DNA of 64,000 bases from Thermoanaerobaculia bacterium. Its GTDB lineage: Bacteria > Acidobacteriota > Thermoanaerobaculia > Multivoradales > Multivoraceae. Position numbers and translations under genes: made by a program. Shown in pieces: positions 11,322-19,899 of this stretch; positions within the stretch are counted from its first letter, which is position 1, and each line of letters opens with the position of its first letter. The stretch covers positions 736,001 through 800,000 of the forward strand of contig OY761158.1 in assembly GCA_963664405.1 (NCBI GenBank), written 5' to 3'. The notes under the pieces were generated by a model, which was not told the origin of the DNA, searched no databases, and saw only the letters and a list, made by a program, of their open reading frames with translations.

Positions 11322-11514
11322 TGTCAGCACTATGTCAGCACAACTCCCCGCTTCGACGCGACTGACTGATTACAAGTCCCTCTTAGGGGCTGACTCAGCA
11401 GTACTCCTAGACACTAAAATACTCAATCTAAAAGGGTTTATTGGATTTCTTGGTTTCTCGAGATAGGCCGAGATCGGGACAGTTTTGCGGAGTTGGTGAA
11501 CAAACGGTGAACAA
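11322..11514. other. Possible att-site relic: two 11-bp-period direct-repeat pairs around a tRNA-Thr(TGT) anticodon-arm-like core
   Basis: TGTCAGCAC at 11322 and 11333; GGTGAACAA at 11495 and 11506; 11365-11378 reverse-complements to GACTTGTAATCAGT; AT-rich patch. Confidence 0.4.
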
Positions 11515-11661
11515 GCTCTCATCAAGGGGCTGTCTGGCTGAGTTGGTGAGCAGGAGGTGAGTAGCTCGTCGGGTAGGGGATCAGCGAACGGCTTCAGATC
11601 GGTGCCATCCAGGGGCGGGCTCCCGCAGAGGTCGAAACGACGCCGGTGCTGAGAGGTCAGG

Positions 11662-11688
11662 TGTCGCACCCACGCACATATCGCGACA
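11662..11688. repeat. Divergent TGTCG-N17-CGACA box (no GGYG core)
   Basis: TGTCGcacccacgcacatatcgCGACA. Confidence 0.45.
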
Positions 11689-11895
11689 AACTGTCGCCTT
11701 TCACCCGCGGGCCACCACGACTGACCTGCTCCCCATTCTGGTACCACAGATCATGACAATTCATCGGCCACCGGCACAGCAGCGCCCGTAAGTTCCAGCC
11801 ACTCCACATCGAAGGGGCAGCCAACACGGTGGCGTCATCGTCTATGAACAGCAGATGCCCCGTAGGGCTGTACAGCTTGTGCAATCAGGGGTGTG

Positions 11896-13851
11896 TTACG
11901 GAAACTCCATCTTCACGATGATCTCTTGCCCCCGGGGATCTTCACGCAGCGGGGCAAATTCGGGCCAAAGCCTGGCCACAATGGTTAGAAACGGCTCCCT
12001 TTGCTCGTAGGCACGGCTAAAGAGTGCGACGCCTTCGTCGAGAAGCCCGGCACTGAGGGCGGCAACTGCCAACATTGACGGTTGAATGTACTCGCGCCCG
12101 GTTCGGGCTTTCAACTCTTCATATATAGCGCTCGCCTTTTCCGGTTTCCCCCAGTTGCCGTAGGTAGCCGCCAAAATCGCCATTGCCCACGGGTGTCGCC
12201 CCGAAATCGCCAGCGCCTCTTCGCCGGCTTGCTCGGCTTCCTGGTATCGTGACGCCCAACCGTACACCACCTGGAGAATCCAACGCGTATGGTATGCATC
12301 CGGATCAAGTTCGGTGGCTTTGACCGCCTGCTCGATTGCTTCTTCGTGGTAACCGGCGAGCCCAAGGCCCACACCCAGCACCGCGGCGTTGTAGCCGCAC
12401 AGAGGATCGATTTCAACGCACCGCCGAAGCTCGGCCAGGCCTTCTTCGAACCGACCCGCAACGAATTGTAGATAGAACAAACCGTACCAGGATCTCGCCT
12501 GGACGTATTGCGGGTTTAATTCCAACGCTCGACGGAACGCTCGCTCGGCAGTCTGCCAATCTCGGTCATGGAGAAGACTCACGATGGCAAAGGCATTGTG
12601 CGCCTCCGCAAGATCCGGTGCCAGTTCCAAGGCTTGGGTCGCCGCCTTCTTAGCCTGCGGCATTGTTTCTTTGCCGGGGGCAAACCCGTAGTAGCCAAGC
12701 ATTGTGTTGCCATCCGCGAGCCCGGCGTGGGCGAGTGCGTAATCAGGATCGAGGGCAAGCGCCTGATTGAAGCATTCCAATCCCCGGGGAATCACCAGGC
12801 CGCGTTTGTACAGAATGGAGCGCCCTTTGAGGTATAACTGATACGCCTCGAGATTCTCCGTGTGCGGTTTTACGAGTGGCGTGTCGGCTCCATCTTCGAG
12901 GGATACCTTCAACCTGTCCGCGATAGTTCGTGCGATCTCGTCCTGAATCGCAAAGATGTCTTCTATTTCTCGGTCGAACCGTTCGGACCAGAGATGCTCG
13001 TCTTTGGCGACGTCGATGAGCTGGGCCGTAATCCGAACGCGGGTTCCGGCTCTGCGTACACTCCCCTCCAACAGTGTTGTCACTCGCAGCCGCTCCGCGA
13101 TCTCGCGCATCTCCAGTGTCTTGCCCTTGAAGTAGAACGAAGACGTGCGGGACGCTACGTGAAGAGCATCCACTTGCACGAGTGCGTTGATGATTTCCTC
13201 GGTGATTCCATCGCTGAAGAACTCGTTCTCGGGATCCGTGCTCATATTTGCGAAGGGCAGCACCGCGATCGACGGTTTGTCCGGGAGGGCCGACGGAGCC
13301 TGGGAGACGGTTGCCGCTCGCGGTCGGTCGGAGTCGACTAGGCGGAACGCGCGGATCCGCTCAGCGATGTTCTTGAGAACCTGCTCTCCCATGTCCTCGT
13401 AGAGGAGATCGAGACTCGTCTTCACGGCGGAGCGCACAGCCTCGGAGACACAGATACCCCCAGGGTGGGCGAGACTCTCGAGGCGTGCCGCGATGTTCAC
13501 TCCGTCGCCATAGATGTCGCCACGGTCCTCGATCACGTCACCGAGGTGTACGCCGATGCGTAACCGCACTTCGCGCTCATCCGGTAGACCCTCGTTCAAT
13601 GCCGCGAGCTGCGTCTGGATGTCAGTTGCGCTGGAAACCGCATCGACTACCGCCTGGAACCTGGCCAGCACGGCATCCCCTGCGTAGTGCATCACTTCAC
13701 CGCGATGGGAATCGACGGTGGTGGTGATCAGGTCGAGGTATTCGCCGAGCGTACGGTGAGTGGAATCCTCATCTTCACCCGTCAGCCGGCTGTAATCGGC
13801 GACATCCGCGTATAGGATCGCGGCGAGCTTACGTGGCAGGCGCTCTGACAC
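11896..13851 (-). CDS. Class III adenylate/guanylate cyclase + TolB-N-like + TPR protein
   Basis: AILYADVADYSRL, GDAVLA, GDIYGDGVNIAARLE; PSIAVLPFANMS; TPR repeats. Confidence 0.9.
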   Translation of the reverse strand: MSERLPRKLAAILYADVADYSRLTGEDEDSTHRTLGEYLDLITTTVDSHRGEVMHYAGDAVLARFQAVVDAVSSATDIQTQLAALNEGLPDEREVRLRIGVHLGDVIEDRGDIYGDGVNIAARLESLAHPGGICVSEAVRSAVKTSLDLLYEDMGEQVLKNIAERIRAFRLVDSDRPRAATVSQAPSALPDKPSIAVLPFANMSTDPENEFFSDGITEEIINALVQVDALHVASRTSSFYFKGKTLEMREIAERLRVTTLLEGSVRRAGTRVRITAQLIDVAKDEHLWSERFDREIEDIFAIQDEIARTIADRLKVSLEDGADTPLVKPHTENLEAYQLYLKGRSILYKRGLVIPRGLECFNQALALDPDYALAHAGLADGNTMLGYYGFAPGKETMPQAKKAATQALELAPDLAEAHNAFAIVSLLHDRDWQTAERAFRRALELNPQYVQARSWYGLFYLQFVAGRFEEGLAELRRCVEIDPLCGYNAAVLGVGLGLAGYHEEAIEQAVKATELDPDAYHTRWILQVVYGWASRYQEAEQAGEEALAISGRHPWAMAILAATYGNWGKPEKASAIYEELKARTGREYIQPSMLAVAALSAGLLDEGVALFSRAYEQREPFLTIVARLWPEFAPLREDPRGQEIIVKMEFP

Positions 13852-14089
13852 TAGCGGGACGCGGCAGGTTTGATGGGAGGCATGCCCGATCTTATCCGAG
13901 GATGCTAGTGGTGGCGAGCCTGCGGCGCGACTCGCCTCACTTCAGCCCTTACGTTGGAGGCTGTTCATGACTGGCCCGGGCCGCGACGTAGCGTACACTG
14001 GCCTGCGGCAGTGGCGCCAGCGTTTCCACGAAGCGTCGCTGTGATCAACTGAGGCTCGGACCAGAGCCCGAAGGAAGGTTCGCCGCACC

Positions 14090-15661
14090 ATGGCCAAAGT
14101 CGCTGACCTCCCCGTGCCGGAGCTTGGGATCGGCCCGAGTGAGGCCGCCGAGCGCTTCGAGCGACTTCAAGCGAAGTTGGCACGCATGTGGCAGTCCATG
14201 CGCGAGATGACCGACGCCGAACGCACCATAGTCGTCGTGCCCTCGCAATCGACCGAGTTCGATGTCAAGGGCGCGGAAATGCAGGCGTACGAAGAGCGGT
14301 TTCTCTTCCTGCTCCTCTTGCTGCGGCAGCCTCGCGTACGCCTCATCTACGTCACGTCGCAGACGATCCTGCCGAGCACGATCGACTACTATCTGGGCCT
14401 GCTACCGGGTGTGATCCCACGTCACGCGAGGGCCCGGCTATTCCTCGTGGCACCGGAGGACAGGAGCCCACGTCCGCTCTCGCTCAAGTTGCTCGAGCGG
14501 CCAGCGCTCCTGGAGCAAATTCGCTCGTTGATCCCTGACTCCGAGAACGCTCACATCGTGCCGTACAACACCACGGCGCTCGAGCGCGACCTTGCGCTCC
14601 GGCTGGGGATTCCGATCTACGCTGCCGACCCCAAGTTCTATGATTACGGGACCAAATCCGGCTGTCGGCGCCTGTTCTCCGAGGAAGGCGTGAAACACCC
14701 CTTCGGAATCGAGGATCTTCACTCCGTCCAAGACATCGCCGATGCCATTCAGCGCATGAGGAGTGAGAGGCCCGGACTCGTGGAAGTCTTCGTGAAGCTG
14801 AATGAGGGCATCTCTGGAGAGGGGAACGCGGCGGTCGACATCAGTGGGCTCCCGACGCCGGGCAGTCCCGCTGAGCTGGATGAGATCGGCGAGCGCGTTC
14901 GCAACCTGCGCCTGGAGTATGCCGGCACGACCTTCGAAGCGTACGTGGACAAGCTGGTCGCACGGGGAGGGGTCGTAGAGGAGCGCATTTCGGGTGTCGA
15001 GTTTCGTAGTCCGAGTGTGCAGTTGAGAACGACGCCGTTAGGCGATCTGGAGATCCTCTCGACACATGACCAGATCCTTGGAGGCGCGACTGGAGGGCTC
15101 TATGAGGGTTGCAAGTTTCCCGCCGACCCCGCCTATGCTGCAAGCATCGCGGAAGAGGCTGAAAAAATTGGAAAGCGGCTTACCCTGGAAGGCGTGCTTG
15201 GGCGCTTCGCGGTGGACTTCGTCGCCGCAAGAGGGAGCGAGGGCGAGTGGGACGTCTACGCGATCGAGGTGAATCTACGAAAAGGCGGGACCACGCATCC
15301 GTTCTTAACGCTACAATTCCTGACGGATGGCAGCTATGACCCCGAAGCAGGCGCATTCGTTGCTCCCAGTGGGAAGGAGAAATTTTTCGTCGCTAGCGAT
15401 CACCTGGAGTCGCCCAGCTATCGGGTGTTCTCACCGGACGATCTGTTCGACATCTTGGTGAGGCACCGGCTTCACTTCGACCAGACGCGCCAGACCGGTG
15501 TCGTACTTCACATGTTGGCCACGCTAGCCGAAAACGGCAGGGTCGGCGTCACAGCCGTGGGTGACTCCGAGCAGGACGCGGACGATCTCTTCGAACGGAC
15601 CAAGGCTGTGCTCGACGACGAGGCCGCCGCCGCCCTAGCTCCGGCAGAGCTGCCGACCTGA
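14090..15661 (+). CDS. PGM1-related ATP-grasp peptide ligase
   Basis: YEERFLFLL, GTKSGCR, VKLNEGISGEGNA, SPSVQ, EVNLRKGGTTHP. Confidence 0.8.
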   Translation: MAKVADLPVPELGIGPSEAAERFERLQAKLARMWQSMREMTDAERTIVVVPSQSTEFDVKGAEMQAYEERFLFLLLLLRQPRVRLIYVTSQTILPSTIDYYLGLLPGVIPRHARARLFLVAPEDRSPRPLSLKLLERPALLEQIRSLIPDSENAHIVPYNTTALERDLALRLGIPIYAADPKFYDYGTKSGCRRLFSEEGVKHPFGIEDLHSVQDIADAIQRMRSERPGLVEVFVKLNEGISGEGNAAVDISGLPTPGSPAELDEIGERVRNLRLEYAGTTFEAYVDKLVARGGVVEERISGVEFRSPSVQLRTTPLGDLEILSTHDQILGGATGGLYEGCKFPADPAYAASIAEEAEKIGKRLTLEGVLGRFAVDFVAARGSEGEWDVYAIEVNLRKGGTTHPFLTLQFLTDGSYDPEAGAFVAPSGKEKFFVASDHLESPSYRVFSPDDLFDILVRHRLHFDQTRQTGVVLHMLATLAENGRVGVTAVGDSEQDADDLFERTKAVLDDEAAAALAPAELPT

Positions 15662-15743
15662 GAACCGAACTCCAGCACACGGTGCGCCACCGCGGGGTCT
15701 CGTGTGCGGTACTGAAAGATGTAGACCTTGCAACCGAAACCAG

Positions 15744-15791
15744 TGACACCGGTCTGGCGCGAGGCGACACGAATAGCTGAGACCGAATAAG
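15744..15791 (+). repeat. Cassette-boundary site, degenerate box A + linker
   Basis: TGACA-N16(GGCG)-CGACA-cgaATAGCtgagaccgaATAAG. Confidence 0.7.
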
Positions 15792-15847
15792 CCCCGCAAC
15801 AGCGTAGATGTCTATCTGGCGGATAGGATCCGCCACCTGGGAGAGAA

Positions 15848-16849
15848 ATGATGCCGATGCTTGTCCTCAGCCAAACCGAGGTCCGTGAGCTCCTGCCCAT
15901 GGATCGTTGTATCGACCTGATGGCGGAGGCCCTGACCGGCCTCTCGGCGGGTGAGGCGGTCAACCCGCTGCGTCACGGCATCTTCCTGCCTGACCGGTCC
16001 GGCCTTCTGGGCCTGATGCCGGGGTATACCGCCGAGCCGGCGGCACTCGGGGTCAAGGTCATCGCCGTCTTCCCGGACAATCACGGCAGCGAGCTTGACT
16101 CCCACCAGGGCATCGTGGCCCTCTTCGACGCACAGAACGGACGCCCCCTGGCCATTCTCGAGGCCAGTGAGATCACGGCGATCCGCACGGCGGCGGCCAG
16201 CGGTCTCGCCACCCGGCTGCTGGCGCAGGAAGACGCGTCCGAGCTAGCGATCCTGGGCTCCGGCACACAGGCCCGCACCCACCTAGAAGCGATGGCGGCA
16301 GTCCGACCTCTCAACGAGGTTCGAGTCTTCAGTCCCCATCGCGAGCACCGCGAAGGGTTCGCAGCCGAGGCTCGCCGGCGTTCGAGCTTGCTGGTCAGAG
16401 CTGTCGACTCCGCCGAGGAGGCGGTGCGGGGCGCCGATATCATCTGCACCACGACGACTTCGGCTGATCCAATAGTTGATGATAGCTGGATCCATCCTGG
16501 AGCCCATATCAACGCGGCCGGCTCCAGCGTGGCCAGCGATCGTGAGCTCGACACCGCGTCGGTGCTTCGCGCTCGACTCTTTGTCGACTGCAGGGAGTCG
16601 ACAGTCAACGAGGCAGGAGACTTTCTGATTCCGAAGAAGGAAGGCGCGATCACCGACGAACACATTCAGGGCGAACTCGGTGAGATTCTGCTGGGCAGCA
16701 TCCAAGGCCGCCAAAGTGCCGACGAAGTCACGCTCTTCAAGTCGCTGGGGGTAGCGGTCGAAGATCTGGCCGCAGCGACCTACGTCTATACAGAGGCTAA
16801 GGCTCGGGGAGTCGGGACCGAGGTCGAGCTCGGAGGCATGCGTTCCTAG
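15848..16849 (+). CDS. Ornithine cyclodeaminase/mu-crystallin family protein
   Basis: ITAIRTAAAS, GSGTQA, GAHINAAG, FKSLGVAVEDLAAA. Confidence 0.92.
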   Translation: MMPMLVLSQTEVRELLPMDRCIDLMAEALTGLSAGEAVNPLRHGIFLPDRSGLLGLMPGYTAEPAALGVKVIAVFPDNHGSELDSHQGIVALFDAQNGRPLAILEASEITAIRTAAASGLATRLLAQEDASELAILGSGTQARTHLEAMAAVRPLNEVRVFSPHREHREGFAAEARRRSSLLVRAVDSAEEAVRGADIICTTTTSADPIVDDSWIHPGAHINAAGSSVASDRELDTASVLRARLFVDCRESTVNEAGDFLIPKKEGAITDEHIQGELGEILLGSIQGRQSADEVTLFKSLGVAVEDLAAATYVYTEAKARGVGTEVELGGMRS

Positions 16850-16917
16850 AGGAGGTTCAGCGGTATGGATACTGGCGCCGGAGTATTGTTCCATTCACAT
16901 CGTTCGCTTTCCGGAGC

Positions 16918-17061
16918 TGTCGCGAAATCCGGCGGACCACGACAAGAATAGCTCGAAGCGAATAAGCCCCCCGCTGTCGCACTTTTGGGTGCTTCGAGAC
17001 ACGTTAGATCGAGCCCTGAGCCGCTGATCCCCCGGGCGACGGGTAAGATGTTGCCAAGTCA
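16918..17061 (+). repeat. Full repeat unit (box A, linker, box B, kinase leader)
   Basis: Boxes at 16918 and 16975; then GAGCCGCTGATCC..GGGCGAC..TAAGATGTTGCCAAGTC. Confidence 0.9.
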
Positions 17062-19740
17062 ATGACCCTTGAAGCTGGCACTCGCCTCGGCCACTACGAA
17101 GTGGTCTCTTCCCTCGGCGTGGGAGGAATGGGAGAGGTCTATCGCGCCAAGGACACGAAGCTCGGTCGCGAGGTAGCGGTCAAACTCCTGCTCGACGAGG
17201 TCTCCTCTGACCCGGAGCGCCTAGCTCGCTTCGAGCGCGAGGCTCACATCCTCGCCTCGTTGAACCACAAAAACATCGCCAGCCTCCACGCCTTCGAGCG
17301 GGAAGGCGATACCAACTTCCTCGTGATGGAGTTGGTCGAGGGCGAGACCTTGGCTGACCGCATCAAGAGAGGTGCGGTACCAGTCGATGAAGCACTGCCC
17401 GTCTTCTTGCAAATCGCGGAGGGCCTGGAGGCAGCTCACGAGAAAGGCGTCATCCACCGGGATCTGAAGCCTGCGAACATCAAGGTAACCGACGACGGCC
17501 AGGTGAAGATCCTCGATTTCGGGCTGGCCAAGGCGATGGCTGTGGAAGCTAGTGCCACCGGAGACGGCGTCTTGTCCGAATCTCCGACCCTCACTCTTGC
17601 CGCGACTCAGCGGGGCCAGATTCTCGGTACGGCGGCCTACATGGCTCCCGAGCAGGCGCGAGGAAAGACCGTCGACAAGCGCGCCGATGTGTGGGCCTTC
17701 GGGGTCTGTCTGTTCGAGGCGCTGAGCGGCAAGCGAGTCTTTGCGGCCGAAGATACTTCTCAGATTCTGGCCAAGGTTCTGGAGCGTGAACCTCAGTGGG
17801 ATGATCTCCCAAGGAGTGTGCCGGCCCCGATTCGCCAACTGCTTGATCGCTCACTGACGAAAGACATCCGGAGTCGTCTCCAGGCAATCGGAGAGGCAAG
17901 AATCACCGTCGAAAAGTACTTGACCAATCCTTCGGCCTACGATGCAGAGGCCACATCCATTCAACAGCTGATTGACAGACGGCAGATGATGCCCTGGACT
18001 GCTGCTGGGCTGTTGGTTGTAGCACTTCTGATTTTGCTGGTGGTCCTGTGGCCTGCTACTAGCTCGGTAGGGCCTCCGTCCGTCGGTCGATTTGCAGTTA
18101 CAGCACCAGGAGTTCTGAGAGGCGGCCACACGCCGAACCTGGCCTTGTCACCGGATGGCACGCGTGTGGTGTTTGCCGCGTTGCGTGGAGGCATCCCTCT
18201 GCTTTTCGAGCGACCCCTAGATCGCCTGGAGGCAACGCCGATGCCAGGCACCGAGGACGCAAGGGATCCGTTTTTCTCCCCCGATGGCCAATGGGTGGGC
18301 TTTTTTGCCGATAGCAAACTGAAAAAGGTGTCACTTCTCGGTGGCCGTCCGCAAGTCCTCTGCGAGGTCCCGAGCGGCCACGGTGGGACTTGGGGCCCGG
18401 ATGACACCATTTACTTCTCTCCATCGCACTCATCTGCACTATCCAAAGTTTCGGCCAGCGGAGGCACGCCCGAGGCTTTGACGAACCTCGACCCTGGCCA
18501 GGGCGAGACGGCACACTACTGGCCGCAAGTTCTTCCGGGGGGGCGACAAATACTTTTCACCATCTCGAAGAGGGACCTCCGGGATGTCAGTATCGCGGTG
18601 GAGTCTGTGGAGACCGGTGAACGGCACATTCTCTTGGAAGGCCTTTACGCTAGGTATGTGCCGACGGGACACCTGGTCTATGCGCACGGGGAGTCAGTCC
18701 TGGCGGTACAGTTCGATGCCGAACATCTAGAGGTGACCGGCCCTTCAGTGCCGGTGCTGGACGGTGTGCGGTTCTCAGCGTTAGGAGCCGCAGATTTTGC
18801 CGTTTCTGAAGCCGGATTGCTAGCCTATAGACCTGCCGGTACGGACGCAGACAGCGGTGAACTGGTTTGGGTGGACCGAGAGGGATCCGCTCAAGTCATT
18901 TCGGAATTCTCGCGCTCCTATTGGGCAGCTCCCCGCCTCTCGCCCGATGGCGAACGTGTGGCCGTAACTATTGGAAGAGAAGACCGCGACATCTGGATCT
19001 ATGAGCTGGTGCGTGACACCTTAACTCGGCTAACTTTTGACGGAAGCAATCAGCTTTCAGTCTGGACGCCCGACGGTCAAAGAGTGGTGTTCGCCTCAAG
19101 TCGCCACGGAGGGCAGCCCAATCTGTATTGGAAAAGGGCGGATGGCACCGGGCAGGCAGAGCGTCTGACAACAAGCGAAAACTCTCAGTTTCCCATGGCT
19201 TTTTCACCTGAGGGTGAGGTCTTGATCTTTATTGAATATGATCCCCGGTCCTTGTTTGACATCTGGAAGCTTCCGCTCGATGGCGAACCGAAGTTGTTTC
19301 TCCAAACTCCCTTTCAGAATTTTGCGGCAGTTGTTTCCCCCGATGGTCGATGGATGGCTTACCATTCCACGGAATCGGGACAGAACGAGGTTTACGTGCA
19401 GGCCTATCCTGAGCCTGGGGGTAAGTCGAAGATTTCAACCGATGGAGGTACTAACGCGGTATGGGCTCAAGACGGTCGAGAGCTATTCTATCGCAACCAA
19501 AATAAGATGATGGCTGTTGCAATGGAGAGTGTGGGAGAGTTCAGGCCTGCCAAGCCAAGACTCCTTTTCGAACGACCATACCGGGCTGGCGAGCTGCCTC
19601 GCGAGTATGACATCTCACAAGACGGCCAGCGTTTTCTGATGATAAAACAGGCGGAGACGACCGAGGAAGGCCTGGGGAATCAGGTGATTCTGGTGCAGAA
19701 CTGGTTCGAGGAGCTGAAGCGTCTCGCCCCCACCGACTGA
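17062..19740 (+). CDS. Ser/Thr protein kinase 1 with TM and TolB/PD40 beta-propeller
   Basis: Gx[26 protein letters not shown]; TM at ~aa 312-330; repeated FSPDG motifs. Confidence 0.95.
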   Translation: MTLEAGTRLGHYEVVSSLGVGGMGEVYRAKDTKLGREVAVKLLLDEVSSDPERLARFEREAHILASLNHKNIASLHAFEREGDTNFLVMELVEGETLADRIKRGAVPVDEALPVFLQIAEGLEAAHEKGVIHRDLKPANIKVTDDGQVKILDFGLAKAMAVEASATGDGVLSESPTLTLAATQRGQILGTAAYMAPEQARGKTVDKRADVWAFGVCLFEALSGKRVFAAEDTSQILAKVLEREPQWDDLPRSVPAPIRQLLDRSLTKDIRSRLQAIGEARITVEKYLTNPSAYDAEATSIQQLIDRRQMMPWTAAGLLVVALLILLVVLWPATSSVGPPSVGRFAVTAPGVLRGGHTPNLALSPDGTRVVFAALRGGIPLLFERPLDRLEATPMPGTEDARDPFFSPDGQWVGFFADSKLKKVSLLGGRPQVLCEVPSGHGGTWGPDDTIYFSPSHSSALSKVSASGGTPEALTNLDPGQGETAHYWPQVLPGGRQILFTISKRDLRDVSIAVESVETGERHILLEGLYARYVPTGHLVYAHGESVLAVQFDAEHLEVTGPSVPVLDGVRFSALGAADFAVSEAGLLAYRPAGTDADSGELVWVDREGSAQVISEFSRSYWAAPRLSPDGERVAVTIGREDRDIWIYELVRDTLTRLTFDGSNQLSVWTPDGQRVVFASSRHGGQPNLYWKRADGTGQAERLTTSENSQFPMAFSPEGEVLIFIEYDPRSLFDIWKLPLDGEPKLFLQTPFQNFAAVVSPDGRWMAYHSTESGQNEVYVQAYPEPGGKSKISTDGGTNAVWAQDGRELFYRNQNKMMAVAMESVGEFRPAKPRLLFERPYRAGELPREYDISQDGQRFLMIKQAETTEEGLGNQVILVQNWFEELKRLAPTD

Positions 19741-19748
19741 GCGAAGCG

Positions 19749-19899
19749 TGTCGTGAAATGTGGCGCACTGCGACAGGTATAGCCGAAAGGCGATAGACCC
19801 CGAAATGAAGGCGCTGTCGCAGTTCAGGGTGAGGTCCGACAGCACAGATCGAGCTCTGAGCCGCTGATCCCACGGGCGACTGTAAGATGTCGCCAAGTC
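19749..19899 (+). repeat. Full repeat unit
   Basis: TGTCG-N17-CGACA at 19749 and 19815; GGCGAC-tgTAAGAT-GTCGCC at 19875-19894. Confidence 0.92.
19875..19899 (+). promoter_or_regulatory. Putative -10 element (TAAGAT) inside a GGCGAC/GTCGCC inverted repeat; near-leaderless kinase promoter
   Basis: TAAGAT, TATGAT or TAGAAT lies 11-12 nt upstream of every kinase or kinase-stub ATG; no Shine-Dalgarno. Confidence 0.55.

Noticed and set aside
11355-11400. Complete tRNA gene
   Set aside because: Only an anticodon-arm-like 14-mer; no D arm, T arm or acceptor stem.
19749-19841. Sigma-54 promoter suggested by TGGCGC in box A
   Set aside because: No TTGC at the -12 position; boxes also occur where no + strand gene follows.
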